DNA of 63,996 nucleotides, counting the filler, from Phoronis australis (Eukaryota; Animalia; Phoronida): NCBI GenBank assembly GCA_002633005.1. It is 9 parts of 9 records of this genome, joined end to end, with 100 filler letters (N's around TTAATTAATTAA, not from the genome) between each part and the next. Parts side by side here need not be neighbours in the genome. Positions count along the whole stretch, not along the records: positions 11,306 to 22,928 come from NMRA01001687.1; positions 23,029 to 35,545 come from NMRA01001269.1; 7 more parts are not named here. One strand, written 5' to 3'. The notes under the pieces were generated by a model. It was not told the DNA's origin. It saw only the letters and a program-made list of their open reading frames with translations, and made no database searches. The position numbers and the translations under genes are program-made. Below, in pieces: positions 11,939-26,299 of this stretch (its first letter is position 1; every line of letters starts with the position of its first letter).

Positions 11939-12499
11939 GTGTGTTCTTGTGAATGTAGGCTACATGTAGAACAACAAGTCGCCAATTCTCGCCGCTGTCT
12001 TCCTACAATTCGCTGAAATCAATGGCGGTGTTTGATTCAGCTTCGCCAGCGGAGCGTTGGACTGCAACCGCGATTGCTTCAGTTTCGATTGTTCCAATAA
12101 TATCGTGACCCACATAAGTGGACATTCAATTTGACAGTTTGAATTAGACATGTATGTTTTAACATGCGCATGTCTAAAAACAATCCTTTCTGTTCGTGAA
12201 ACCCAGCGCCTCATGACGTACAGTGTGGAGTTAATTAGTTTCTCTGTGATGGCCGTAAGAACTATTGGGAAACGGTGGTAATGATGACGACGCCTATTGC
12301 GTTGCATTGTTGGAACTTTTTTTACTTGTTTATACTCAATATTTATGGGAACGTTTAAAACACAAACATTCCATTTGAATAATTTTTATCGTCAAAAATT
12401 TGAAAATAATAGGGTTATGAGTCCATTCTCTCGTTCACTCCTCAAAACAGCGGTGACGGTTCATGGTATCGATTACACTTTCCGATCACAGCCTCGGTT

Positions 12500-14040
12500 T
12501 TACTGAACCGTCTTCAGGTGATCGTCTTTGAAACTCCTTCAATCTTCTTTATGATTGTGGCCGGCTTTTTATGTCATCCGACCGGCACAGCAATCCTAGA
12601 AACAGGAGGGTGTGTATCGCTTCTTTGTAAATGGCAGGAGTTTTTTTCTCGTAAGGCATGACAAACGTCGACAATGCTAACTCCAAACGAATAAACATCC
12701 GTGAGCACAGATGTTAACTCCCCGTTGCGAACCTCGGGTGCCAGGTGCTCTGCCGCCGTATCTGAATAAAGAGACATCTGTCAGTAGTTAAATGTACTAC
12801 ATGTGGCAAACTTGTTTAAATGATCTAACTGCCAGCTAAGTATTAATCCAGAAATCGCCTATTATGAATAAGGAACAAACTAAGAGCATTTTCATACGAA
12901 TAGATTGGCTAAAGCAACGGTTTGAGTTCATTAGAGCTAATCTGTTTACGCTTCACTTGCTGCAAGAAATCGTCTCGAATTCTATCCGATGATTTAGTAT
13001 CTCGAGCTCGCCGAGCTATCACTTCCAATACTTTCATTATTGCAAGTGAAACCTAATAAGCGCGAGAAGCATTTGCCATCCCCGTGGTATTCCGTGATTT
13101 TGAGTTTTCGTTAGACGCTTGTATCTACGGAACCCACCCCCGCTTTAACAGGAAATACTTATCATTTCTACTATCGCAAAAGGAAATATAATAAAATTTA
13201 ATCCGTGACAATGCCGGAATTGTAAATTTTAACAATCTGTCTCAGGTTGTTTTTGTACGCCTCATGAACTACCCTCCGACGGTTCGGTTTACATGTCAGA
13301 GTTGATCAAGTGTTCGAAGGGTTAGCACAAGCTCTTCAGTGTCCATGCTACAATATTAATTTCCATCCATTTTATATTTGCTTCTATAGTTATTTTACTT
13401 TTCTAGTTGATTTGAATTTAAACTAGGCAAGATTTTTCGACTTTTCATTTTTCTTTCAGATTTCTCTGGGAATCATGTGGATTTTCAACGATCATTGATA
13501 ACCGAGAGAATGCAAAGACACGCGGCGTGTGGTCTTAACAAATCCGGTTACCGAAATCAATCAATTTTTCTTTATTGGTTTGTCGTTCCACCATTACATT
13601 CTCGGTGTGGATATCATTAGCAATATATTTCTTCTGTGGGCACGATGAACTGCTCATACGGCTTTCAGCAATACCTTCACAATTTCTGGAATAGGTAGCG
13701 ATACCTCGGCCACATTTTCAAGATGGTGATCTATGTAATCTTCGAGTGTAAAAATGTCCATTGGTTCCATGACTAGACCAACTATCGGTGGGGCTTCGTC
13801 GTCTACCGTTGGAGTCAAATACAAGCCGAACGGTTTAGGGGCGCATCTGTACCGAGCAAGAGCCCATAGACATCGGTATTCCGTCTCAGTTGTTAAGTTC
13901 ACGTCGTCTTCAAGCACGTACTTTTTACGCAAGCTTATTGCTCAATACCCGTAGCGTCATTTACGAAAGTCCTCAGGCACACTTTGCTTGAAATTCCTTC
14001 GCCGATCACGGCGTAATCCCCGTCTCCTCTTACATCGTAT
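12500..14040 (-). pseudogene. Intron-containing Ser/Thr protein kinase pseudogene (divergent, HND-type catalytic loop)
   Basis: Exon ~13503-14040 has IGEGISSKV (Gly loop), ACVK, LVMEPM, IL[H]NDIHTENVMV and KLIDFG. The exon starting at 12761 has HLAPEVRNGELTSVLTDVYSFG. Stops at 13935-37 and 13654-56; frameshifts near 13925, 13620 and 13545. Confidence 0.85.
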
Positions 14041-14447
14041 CTGTAAGGAGAAAAAATGTTGAACCGACGTAGATTTATCAGTTTAGCTAGTTGGATGCGC
14101 TGGCTCCTATTCCCATATTTCACGAAGGGACCGCGCCATTACTGCTAAGAACGTATGAGGCAGGTCCATAACACCAGTTTACACGATGCTTGGAGTGTGT
14201 TTTTAGGGACTTCTTTTATGATTCCTCGTACCACCTGTTCATCCTAAAACTAAGCTGTTTACGTGTTGTGCGAGGAGTTGCAATTATCTAGAGTATCATC
14301 TGTGTTGCTACTTAAATTTTTATTTGCATCCAATTATTGATTCAAAGGTTGGAATTACCCAGAATTCTGAGACTCATAAATTAAAAAAGACATGCAAAAA
14401 AGTTCAATTTACTTCAACTTGGTGAGCAGTGGAAATTAAAAAGTTAC

Positions 14448-14841
14448 CCGAATGCTCTCTTTGGCAGACAAGTCGTCTTTGGCTCCCGTTTTCTGAACTT
14501 TTTTCTGATCCAATTTTCGTTCACGTCAGCAACTGATGAAAGCTCTCTTGAGCAATCACTCTTGGATTATGGAGGGTCGGCATGCTAAAACAACGGATTC
14601 GCCTGCGTACTTGTTTATGCGCCGGCGACATGCCACGTCTTCGAAGTTTGGTCGCGTTAAATGTGCCGCGTTTATTCATAATTTCAAGCGGTTGACGGAT
14701 TATGTCTGTGACGCACGATTTGGCTTTTCGAAGATATTTAAACCCAAACGCTCTTCGCAATACATTTGGGTCGCACGACTTTACTTGCCGGAGCTTTGGT
14801 GACACAAGTTTCCTTACTGGGTAAGTCTTAGCCTTGCTCAC
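14448..14841 (-). pseudogene. Basic Lys/Arg-rich ORF remnant, possibly the N-terminal exon of the kinase
   Basis: 106-codon open stretch on the same strand with a donor-like gtaac at 14447. Linkage to the kinase is inferred from position only. Confidence 0.35.
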
Positions 14842-17800
14842 AACGATCCATTGCGCCTGCGTTATGAATTTTGGGACTATAGAAGCGAAGCATGACTGTC
14901 AAGTTCGTCTAGTGTCAGACAATATCTCAGGACACAAAACAGAACAAGTTAACTATACAATATATATTACCTCTCAAACACACACAAACTCAAAACACAC
15001 AAATTCATAGTAATGATTGTCAATACGAGAATTGCTATTGTTCACAAGGGTCGCAGTGTTTCTTTATGGTCCTACACGTGCTACAACTTTGGCTTCTCAG
15101 CACCAGGGATTTTCACTGCTTTACAAATATTACGCCGCCCAGCTTGACCAGCCTCCAGCACCCATCGTTCAGCTGCGTGGTGATAAAACTTAAGGGTCAC
15201 CTAGAAATTACATAGGTACAGTATCAAGTAAGTCAACCGGCTCAATAACCAACCATAGCATAAACGTATTTTCGAATTACATCTAGGAGAAATGCTAAGG
15301 CACGTAACGCTCAGGTAAATTAAACTGACATACAAAACATATAAGAAAGTACATGTACCTGTACTAACAAATATCCGATACAAAACACACTTACGTGTTC
15401 CAAATCATTTTGACTGGTATGAGCACCATGTGCTTCAAATATAAAGTAAGAGCGTGGCAAAGCACAACTGCTCTCCGCCCAAACTATAGGTAGACTGCCC
15501 AGTAACACGTGTATACCAGAATAATCGTGAATGCTACCTGCACTTACAAAACGAGCACATTTGCATAACAATACAAAAGGGTTGGCTCTGCATAGACCAA
15601 CTAACAACAGCAATCTCTTGATATTTAAATCATATAGAAGTCAGACCAAATTGTGACAATGACGTTGATCTCTGTATTATGCCGTCCTTTACAACCAATC
15701 GCTGAATCCCTATCCTTGTTTTGGTAATGCATGATATTGACGTTGCAACAGAACTCGCCGTAGCATATCCCGACTTGACGACAAACTCGATAACTTAGTT
15801 GCTGGAAAACGTACGGTTCAGAGCGGAATAGACGATTGGAGCGATTTGCGTATCTCATCTCTAAGGCATCGGTGAACATTTACAACCCTCTGACAAAGAA
15901 CTGTATGAGAGAAACGGGCTTTAGCAGCTGCATGAAGTCGAACGACAGCTCTGGGGGTTTCACCGAGATATTCGGCACTGTGACCAGCGACAGAATTGAA
16001 GGTCTAACCCCGTACTTCTGTCCTTCATGTCGTCGAATGCGACATTTTTTGTAGATTTGTTCACAACAGCTGCTGTGGACAACTGGAATTGTCTGGAAAC
16101 GTGTAATTAGTATGGTTTCCACTATCTTGCAGTTCAATACATCTTATGCACGCAGTAGACATTTTAAAAGTGAGCCTCCTTTTAGGTTTTAAAAACAATA
16201 TACATGTATTTCGCGCTTAATCACAGTGTAAACTGTGATTTTGTTCGCATTCCTCGTTAAGATTTCTGTCTCAAATACGTTGTTTTTTAACTAAAAAGAG
16301 TCCCACTTTTAAAATGGCGAATAGGTGAATAAGATCTGTAGCCCCTAAGTGTTTGAAAACGTCCTTCAAAGAAACACATAGCATGACATGTCTACGAAAG
16401 TACATGTATATTGGATACGTTATTAGATCTTGAGTTGATTTTAGCAATGTTATTGTTCATAATGTATAATTAAATCTTTTATATACTTTTCTCTAATCTG
16501 AACTTGGCACGAATTCAGGATTTGGGTTAGGGCGTCATGGCACAGCGTTACCCAGGATTGTGCCCGTCAGACATTCGCACCCTCGAACTGTCAAATGGAG
16601 CCTATTAGCCTTTTAGAAGGACCATGACCCCTTTCCCTCCTAAATCTGACACTGTGAACCTCCTAGCAAAACCTGAAACAATTTTAAGCAATTCTGAACT
16701 TCTTCAAGATTACTGACGTTCAGATGTTAAGAATAAGTGGGGATGTTTACTACGGACTACCCGGGACTCATTCAGGTGGTTGCCGACGTTAAGAGATTGC
16801 ATTGACTTGAAAACCTCTCACGTAGTTCTGAGCAGAAAGTATTCAACTGTCCATAACATGAAACTTTCCTTTGCCTAAGCACCTTGCTCACTTCAACGTT
16901 GTGGTTGATCGATGAAAATTTGACGAGGTCACTGTTTTAAAAATACAGACTACCGAGGGATATCTATTATAAAGTAACGGATGATAGGTCGGCACACGTT
17001 TCAGAGAATGACCTCACGATGATTTAAGGGACAAGCCTCTTTCCGCCCACCTCCTTCTCGCTTCAGAATAAATGCAGTCTTTATCATTCGCAAGACCGTC
17101 ACTACTGCCATTTTGTTTCCAAAAGTAGTCAATTTGGCAATTTGTGCCTTCACCGGCGGTGTCAGCTAACCATGGCACCTTGCCACAGTTCAGTTGACAT
17201 ACATGTAGCTAGTTCAGTCATGTTTTGTATCGGGGACAGAAATCTGGTTTACACTCTAAAGAATCCTATAACTGTTTTGAAAAACAAAGGTTAATGTTTG
17301 GATAACGCTTCAAGAAAATTGACATGTAATCAATCTCTTGCTAGAGGTAGGTTCAAAGGTAGTTTAATGTTATGCAATCTATTTTGATAGGGTCAAATGT
17401 GAATGGTCCAACAGAAAATAACTGTGTCCACTTAATGACTTTTTGATATTTTGAAATAGGACAGAAAAAAAATTACGAAAACCAAATTCGTACGATAGGC
17501 AGATAATGGTTTGTACAAAATAATATTCTAGCATGAATATTTTACTGTTCGTCAAATAGCATTTATTAAGAAAAAAAGGACTGGCATGTTAACATTTTCA
17601 GCAATACATTAAAAGGGAACAATCGGTTTTACAGGCGGAAAATATAATTTGGGGGTAAATTCTGGGGATCATTGACTTCGTGAAGTTAACCGTAAAACCC
17701 TTTATGGTTTCCTTATAAATCATCGATTCCTTACAAAAGTCTCCAGTCAAAGTTATCTGAAACTGGGGTGGCGACTTCATCAGCTTGATGTTTCGTTACT

Positions 17801-19884
17801 GGGCTCCGTGAAGATGGTCGAGACCTGTGTCGTGTATTGGTGACCAAAGCCGGAGGGCAAAAACCTAAAGATTAATCTTTTGCGAATGCGAGAAAAAGTA
17901 ACGACGAGTCGAAGCACATTGGAGGAATAACCTCACGAGAAAAAGCATTCGAACGAAATGGAGTGATGGATTCCCATGCGAGATGAGTTGAACAGCCGGA
18001 AGGTTTGCTTTCCTGTCCCATCTTCTAGGAATAGCCACCATTCAAGCATATTTTAGATTAGTATCCCGCACAACCTAAAATAATCTTTGAATAGCTTATA
18101 ACATTTCTGGTCTTTAACTGATTAACCCGGCGATTGAATACGTCGCTGACTCTCACCAGTTTTCTGATGGTCTCGACCAACCGATCGGAAATACACTAGT
18201 ATTTATCAATTAAGGAAAACGCACAAAAAATCCTCTTTCAACATAAAGTCTTCCACTGCTCTCTTCGGATAGGTACACTATGCATTTTTCGCAAATATTG
18301 CAAGAGGGAATCAAGTCCATGGCCTATTTTGTATCATTTGTTTAATTTTTACTTGCCTCATTTTCAAGAATCTCGTCGTCGTCGTCCACTGCTGTATTCT
18401 TGCACAAAAGTTGACAACAAGGACCTGATAAACATACCCGAAGATTTTTAGGAAATTTGTCCATATTAATATTTTGCAAAATTAATATTTCAATGGCACT
18501 TTAGAAGCGACTTGTCTTCATAAAGGCAGTTACGAAAAATCAGTCACAGTGACGTTCTTTATTCTTACGTCACTTAATTGTCTGAGGTCAAATTAGTAAA
18601 GGGCAATTAATTCATACTCTAACCTTTGTTAACGCAAAGACACGGGATTTGAAGTATCAGTCCTGGTCTCGAGTGAAATGAACAGAAAATAAATAAACAA
18701 TGACTCTGTCTTGAGACATATTTAGTTTTTCAAAAACGTGTTGTTTTGATTTAATACTGAACCGTAAAATTGTACGATTATGAAATGTTTGGCTGAGTCT
18801 TGGGCATACCTCTAGAATAACTTCATCTGGAACAATTTGTTGTACCTTCTGATGTAGAAGAAGTTGATGCCAATTTCCCTTGATTATCAAGTTGTTCCAA
18901 AACAACTGACGTTCACACTAATTATTTCCCCTTAATAGGTTGCACTTGCAGCACCAAGGATTTGTTAGGGTAAGCAGAATATACCTTTCGTGAAGGTACT
19001 TATTATGAAAATTACACCTCAGTGCAGTCATTTATTTATTTGTGTCATTGGAAACTACAATAGTGTAGATCTACATGAAACGAAGAAATAATTGCTTAAC
19101 TAAATTTATGTCTTCATAATCTTTCGGGAATCCAGTTGCGTCTCCTGGCAGTCCTTAGGATGGAGTCTAAATTAGAGAAAACGATACCGTAATGGTGTAG
19201 ATGATGTTTTTCTCTGTACTTTAATGTTGGGATGATAATAAAACAGTAAGTTGAAAATTTTATAAGGCACACACTCTCTGTCGGCTTTCAGTTAACCATG
19301 AGCGGCGCAGCACTTAAAATAATGGTGCTCCGCCCATGTTAATAGATGCATTTCTGAAAAAATATTGTTATGGTTACTACCTTGACTATTTTTACATCGT
19401 TCAGTATAACTTCGTATGTGTACTGCCATGGTATTATATTCGGGATCATTATGTTTTGCGGTTTGCCTATTAATGGGCACAGTTTATGTGACTATTCACT
19501 GAGGAGTTCGGTTGTTTTTAACGTTAATTTGTAGATGGTTGGTGTGGATGGCTTAGTCATGGGTGGTGCACCACAGGAGGCTAGGGGGCTATGGCCCCCA
19601 CTTTTTTAAGTGCTGCGCCGCCCACCACGGCGGTGCAGCATAGGGGGGCTTTGGCTATAACCCTCCAGTTATTTCAGTGCTTCGCCGCCTATGTCAGTGT
19701 GGTAATGCGCATGCAAATTATCAACATTGTATCCTTTAAGTCATGTTGTTTAGAAGTCACCAACATTTCTGTAACGTTTTCGGTTATTTACGAGATGAAG
19801 ATTGACCCACAATTTATTTTGGAAAGAACATAAGAAGGCAAGTAGGATTTCTTGATCAGCACGGCTACACGTAAGCCACGTGCG

Positions 19885-20419
19885 TTAAAGAGACATGGAA
19901 CGCGAAACATAGTCAAAGATATCTTTTAAATTCGTGGCAAAGATACCATCTCGCAACGTGTAGTACAGAGTAATTCACTTTCTCAAGTGAGGAAATTTCC
20001 AGAAAAAATCGCAAAATTAATTTTTATTACGCGCGAAGGAAAACACTTTGTGGTTACCACACAGTATCTAATCTCCCTACCAATTATTATAATTGCGCGC
20101 ATGCGCTCACAGTCAATTGCTTGAAGTCTCGTCAGTTCAAAAGTCACATTTTCCATACTAGGGAGATGTGCTACGTCTAAATCTTGCCACACCAAATATG
20201 GAGAAGTGCTTTGCCTTGTGGGAGAAAAATCTACGAAGTGACATATGGTTTTTTGAAAATTGAAACTAGAAGAAAATGCTTTGATATCAGCAAAAATTAA
20301 AACTCTTTACGAACAAATCATAAAATTAGCTGGTGAGCAGATTAAATTCTGGTTCAGGGGCAGAAAACCACTTTCAATATTGCAATTTAGTCTGTTTATC
20401 ACGTTCCAGGCCTCTTTAA
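19885..20419 (+). mobile_element. TTAA-flanked MITE (Kolobok/piggyBac-type)
   Basis: TTAA-AGAGACATGGAACG ... CGTTCCAGGCCTCT-TTAA; second copy at ~2817-3357. Confidence 0.75.
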
Positions 20420-21295
20420 TTTGCGACTCGGTTTAACAGTCGCTTACGCGTTGGGGAAACAAACCGTTGATGTTAGCGTAGGAGCTTCCTTTGGCCGTTA
20501 AGCCGTAGATGAAATCCTTCAGGTTTAAGTGTTCCGCGGAACTGAGTTTCACAACCTTGAGGAGACTGAAAACCCGGCCGAGAAACACAAAATGACGAAA
20601 TTTTGTTCGTCAGTACATTTCCAAAATCGAAAGTGTTTGTTTAGACGACTTGTGACACAGGTTCCTTCACCCTAAACGGAAAACGGCTATCTTAGTGCAT
20701 TTTTAAATGTCTTAGAATACATGTACATAAAGCTCGTGGTATGGAACTGATAAACGAGAGACTGATAAATTTTGGTTTATTTCTGCATTGACCAATGTTA
20801 GTGTTAAATATATAAAAAACACAAAGTTGATTTCCGCCAACACATTTCCAGTTCAGTTTACATCCAAAACCTTAATCATTCGATGAACCACGGATAGTGC
20901 AGTTAAAGCGGCCACAAAGCAGCCTGCCATTACAAATCAGCTTATGATTTAGACATATTACTCTCTTGTAACCCACCTCAGGCAAATACTCTGCATAGTC
21001 AAAGTAATGACATCCAAGGCCCTATTTCACACATATAAGGTATAGTTAAAATATGGTTTGCGTATGGATGGGTTTCAAATAAATTAAGTTTTGTACTAAA
21101 TGGCTGTCGTTTTCAAGTGAAAGACGACGCTACTGGAAAGATTGTTACCTAGACTCACGATTTATTTACATGCAATCCGTCAATCAAATCATAAAAATAT
21201 TATCTAGTCCCCTGCACAATGCAAAGCACTGTTGTTTTACAAACAAACTAGCTGCTGGGTGAGTCTGCTGTCTGTAGCATTGTTTCAAAGTTCTG

Positions 21296-21739
21296 GGCCC
21301 GGTCTCTAATCTTTGTACTCGAAACGAACTCGAAACTATTTTTTGGCAATTTCTCTGCTCCTTTCGTGCGAACTTAAGATAATTGGTTATCAGACTGAGC
21401 TCGAATACATTATAGTTTATGCATAGGAGTTTCTAATTCAAGTTTGCCCTTGAAGACCCTTATATTCGTGCTACAAACTCGAGTAAAAACTCGAAATTTC
21501 GAGTTCAAACTCGAACTTATTGCTTTNCAAACTCGAGTAAAAACTCGAAATTTCGAGTTCAAACTCGAACTTATTGCTTTAATATTGGGTTTACAAACTG
21601 TGAGCTAAGGGCAATAAATTATCTACGTAAGTTATTGTGTACTCGAGCATAGAATAATAGACACTTATCTTGAGTTCGCCCAAAAGTAGAGTAGAAAATG
21701 CCAAACCTAATTTCGAGTAAAAAGATTGGAGACCGGGCC
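21296..21739 (+). mobile_element. PIF/Harbinger-type MITE
   Basis: TIR GGCCCGGTCTC(T/C)AATCT, 3-bp TSD CTG (21293-95 / 21740-42); near-identical to 26300-26698. The internal ~53-bp duplication at the single N (21527) is probably artefactual. Confidence 0.88.
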
Positions 21740-23133
21740 CTGGTCTTATAAAATGACCCGGTGTTGTTGTGTCTTTATTGACTGATTTGACCTTGTACTT
21801 TTATCAAGGTCTATCCGTTTTGCATTGTTTTTCTTGGTCCTAAATAAGGTCGTATATTGATTACTGAACACTGATTGTTTTTGTGTAGCTCACAAACTTG
21901 AGATCATAGACAGCGTTGATTATTTCATGAGAAAGTAATCCTTCACCTATGTGGAGTTAATATCTAAGGTTGTTGACCTGTTCACTGGAGTCGCGCTCAG
22001 TTGATTTTGGTTTGTACACTTATTCTGAAGAACACAAAATAGGTAGATGGTAAAACCTACATTTTATGGCCGTGTAAGACCATTAGCTAGGCCACACAAT
22101 TTGCTCTGTATGCTGGGTGTATTTTTTCACAAGAGAAACTGCTACCTACCCATTTAGTGTTTAGTATGATTGATTTGTTTTGATACTTTGCACAAATGTT
22201 TTCAGACAAAATGTTGCCCCCCCCCTTGTGATATCCTAGATCCGCCACTGTACAAAGATGTTAGTCGAAGGTAGAACTCTACAGCTGGTTGATCAACAAT
22301 TGCCTTCATTGAGCGTGATCAGTTTGTGGTCGGGAAACGGTCAAAAAAACGAGAATTTTCGTCAGTTAAACCCTATTCATGATTAAGTTCATCGATTCTT
22401 AGTCATTCATTGGTGTGAAAACTGCAACAGTGTTTACTACAGGATCGCGACAAGAAGAGGTTGGCGTCATCTGGACAGCAATACAAAAGTCGAAGTCGAG
22501 GAATGAGTGGTACCTTTGCAACCGGTACCTGACTAGGATGGAAATTTTTAGCTTGAGAATGACCTCCACTAAACTAACTAAATGGGCACTTTGGTTCTCT
22601 TTGGTGAACGCGCAAATATGGGGTTATTTTTTAGATTAAACCATAGTCGATTACTTCTTAATGGAATTTGCGAAAATTTTTTGGAGTGGGGCATGGCCCC
22701 TTCACCCTTTAATCCATTTTGGTTCTCTTCAGTGCGGGTGCAAAATTAACCGCAAAAACAGGGTTATTTTTATGCTAAAACGCAATGCGTGACTATCTAT
22801 TTATGGAACCCGGGAGAATTTTAGGGAGACCATGGCCCCCTTGCCCCCCCGCTCCCCCTCACGCCACTGTCTACTTATTTATTTTTCCACTATTTTGTCT
22901 GTAGAAATGGTTACAGCGTTATGCGTTTNNNNNNNNNNNNNNNNNNNNNNNNNNNNNNNNNNNNNNNNNNNNTTAATTAATTAANNNNNNNNNNNNNNNN
23001 NNNNNNNNNNNNNNNNNNNNNNNNNNNNCTGAAATTAGACCGGGGAAGGAGGCCAAAAACGGTGGTTTAGCTAGTTGTCCCTTCCTGGTTATCTCTTCCT
23101 GATAACACTTAGTAAAATGAAAAATTTCAGACT

Positions 23134-23411
23134 TTTTACTAACACCAAATAAACGCCCGGGCATACATTAGGAAAAGAGGGGTGCGTGTAAACGGAAAGT
23201 CATAGGTTCCCTGACTTTGACATGTTTTACTTAAAATTTTGTTTTTAAAAATTATGTTAATAAATCCATAGCTCGCCTGCACTTTGTTCGTTTTTAAAAA
23301 TGTTAAATGCTCCACAAAACTGAATTTGTGACCAAAAGTTGACTCGTAGTGGGCTTTTAAGAGGAAATTTTCCGAATAAACTTCCTCTATCTGGACACTT
23401 GACATCAGAAG
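23134..23411 (+). mobile_element. DNA-transposon-like repeat, inverted partner of 25102-25380
   Basis: ACACCAAATAAACGCCCGGGC...TATCTGGACACTTGACA.CAGAAG aligns with the reverse complement of 25102-25380 over ~280 bp with many substitutions. Confidence 0.75.
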
Positions 23412-24277
23412 CTGTAACACTTCTACGGAAAACCCCGGTAACAGTTTGAAAATACGAAATACGAGGAACTAAAGCTAGTCGCTTGTCAGCTCAGCCATGA
23501 TTCACTTGAGACAAGCAGCTTAGCTTGTACATATCCGCCTGCGCTGGCTCCAAGGTCAAGATTCGTTTCATTATGGTCCAGTTTCATGACATTATAGCCA
23601 TTAGTTGAAGGATTTTTTGAAAAGGTCCATGGCATAGTGCCTCTGGGGCTGTTTCAATAATCCATGTTGAAACACGGCCGGTAGTCCAATTTCTGGTGGC
23701 TGAGGAAAATGATACAGAGTGTATTTACAAAATGTACACACTTCAACGTCTGGAGTTCAAATTCAGTTCCTGTGGATCATTGAGATTCTGCGCTGGCCTA
23801 CTACACTGTACATAGTTACATCTTATTTTTAACGTTGATGGTAAGTCATGACGTGCTCCGTCTGTGTACGGGAAAGGCAAGCAAACGATTCAGTTGTGAA
23901 GAACAAAATTCATTACGCAACACTACAGGAAACTAAAATCATGGAGAAAGGGAAAAGACAACCTTTCCAATTTAATGAGCTATTTTATTTATTTAAGGAT
24001 GAATTTCATCAATGTCCTTGAGAGTTATTTTTGATAGGCAAAAATCGTCTAAGTGTAATTTTCTATTTGGGGATCGGAGTTTTTCCAACTTCAGGCTGCA
24101 AATAAATTCACTGAAACAAGATAAGCTTCTAAATGTCGATTTACGAATGTACATAAACACAAAAATTAGAAACCAACGAATTCATTTATCAAAACGGAAT
24201 GTAATAAGCAATTTCCACAGGCATGCTCGCAGATTTTTGACGGGAAATCGGGGGAACATGGAAGATGGGCATTCGTA

Positions 24278-25030
24278 TTAAGGTGTATTTTGCTCATTTC
24301 AGAGATACCTATAACGGTTCACGAGTTAAAATTTAACTCCAAAAAACCAGCTGAAATTTTTGTTTATGATTGCGAGTACTTTAAGAACCCCCATTCGACA
24401 TGTACGCGGTCATCACAAATCGCAGCACTGACATTCTTTTTCGACATGTGCCAATTCCTTACAAACAACTCTTTAGTATCGATCTTCAAAAGAATTACGA
24501 TTCTTGTGATACTATGGGGAAAAGTAACATTGTTTTATAACTAACCATCGGAAATATTCCTATTGTGTAATTAACAAATATTGGTCTTACACGTTCTTCA
24601 AATTAAAATTCCATCTTTTCGATGGCGTGAATCCTATTGTATTTTTCACATTTTTTGGTTGTTCGGGTCGAATGTCTCGATACTACTGTGCTGTGCACGA
24701 ATGTGTTGGGTTTTTTGATAAGTTTGGAATCTCAGGTTGCCCTCGTGAATACTTAGCACAGTTGGATTTACATGCACAGATGGACAAAGGGATAATTCCC
24801 CCCGAACCGCCCCACCGAGAGATGGTCCCATCCGAAATGGGACACCTTAAGATGAAAGAGTAGACATCATTAAGCTTGGAAAAGAGTGGCAGTTCATTCC
24901 GTGGTCGTGTGACCCTGCAAGAAGTGACCTTTCTCAACATGAAAGCCGGTTGTACGATTTCACAAAAACACGAAAATAGAGGCAATCGATTCCAGCATTG
25001 GGCCCTCTCTATGTTGAGCGACCCCTTACG
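24278..25030 (+). mobile_element. TTAA-bounded non-autonomous DNA element; related copy at 29795-30252
   Basis: TTAAGGTGT...CATTTCAGA at the left and GAAATGGGACACCTTAA at 24834-24850. Homology with the second copy continues past that TTAA to CCCCTTA. Confidence 0.6.
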
Positions 25031-25101
25031 GGGTTTTCCGCATATAAGCCCATTCGATGAAAATCCCATAGGCGTTTATTCGGATAATTATGCCTAATCG
25101 A

Positions 25102-25380
25102 ACTTCTGGTGTCAAGTGTCCAGATAGTGGTGAGTTTTTCGGAAAATTCCTCTTAAAAGCCCACTACGCATCAACTTTTAGTCACAAATTCAGTTTTGTG
25201 GAGCATTTATCATTTTTAAAAACGAGCAAAGTGCTGGAGAACTATGCATTTATTAGCATAAAATTTAAAAACAGATTATTAAGTAAAAACTGTTAAAGTT
25301 AGGAAACCTGTGACTTTCCGTTTACACACACCCCTCTTTTCTGAATGAACGCCCGGGCGTTTATTTGGTGTCACTAAAAC
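25102..25380 (-). mobile_element. Inverted copy of the repeat at 23134-23411
   Basis: GCCCGGGCGTTTATTTGGTGT end and shared blocks. The ORF track shows the shared spurious peptide FLLKAHY.STF.HKFSFVEHL.FLKT on opposite strands. Confidence 0.75.
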
Positions 25381-26299
25381 GTCATTTTCCAAATACACAC
25401 CGATGCTGGGTTTATCTACGGAAATCCCCGATAGGTCTCAGCTGGCTTACTTGAGACAGCTCCCAGCAATACGTTAGTGCGCTGGCCTTAGGCCCATTCT
25501 TATTGTCCGTGAAACTTTGTTACTCAGTGCTGATGGCGGGGCTATATGAAGGGGGGTTGTTTGGCGAAGTCGAATTGGTTTGTGGCCCCAATAATTTTGC
25601 CTTACTACGGGCCTGTGATCGCCTGCTCAACCTACTGCCTGTCGGGTATTAAGTTGCAGATGGCTATTGGTCAATTAATTCGTTATTCGATGTTAAATTT
25701 GTTCTGTATGTGGATTAGTTTATGATTGCAGCTATTTTACATGGAATAAACACACACTTCATGATATAAAATTTCTTCGTAATTTGCCAAAAGATGCTGC
25801 CGCTTAGCCCTCTGAAGATACGTGTAAATGCGCGTCTTAAAAATAGTTTACGCGATAAGCACAGATTAACTACTTTACTCTTTGTTGAAAGCCAGTGAAC
25901 ATTTTAGCCTTTGAAAACATTTTTCCTATATCAGCAGGGTGATGATGGAAACTGAAACGCCAAAAGCCATTATTTAATGTCATTCAGTAAGCTTTCACAA
26001 TCCGGCTACCAACGGCTTCGGTATCGTCGTCTCACAGTCCCTACAATGGATTTTTTCCCTTTTTGATGTTTTAAACTGACAGTAGTGATTTTGTATGTTG
26101 CGAAGAGAGCAAGCATGACGAGGACAGATGTAAGGATATGGAGACGAGGACGACAATGAAACCATAGGTGAAACGTGATGGATCCCCATATCGGCACACT
26201 TTGCGAAAGTGATGCCCTACGATTGAACTCGGCCTCCCGCAATAGCGCCTTTGGCGAGTGAAGCCGAGTCGGAGCCTACCCAGTCTGCGGACAGTCCAG

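Noticed and set aside
17755-17830. Hammerhead-like words GAAAC and CTGATGA on the minus strand
   Set aside because: Only ~7 nt separate them, too little to form stems I and III.
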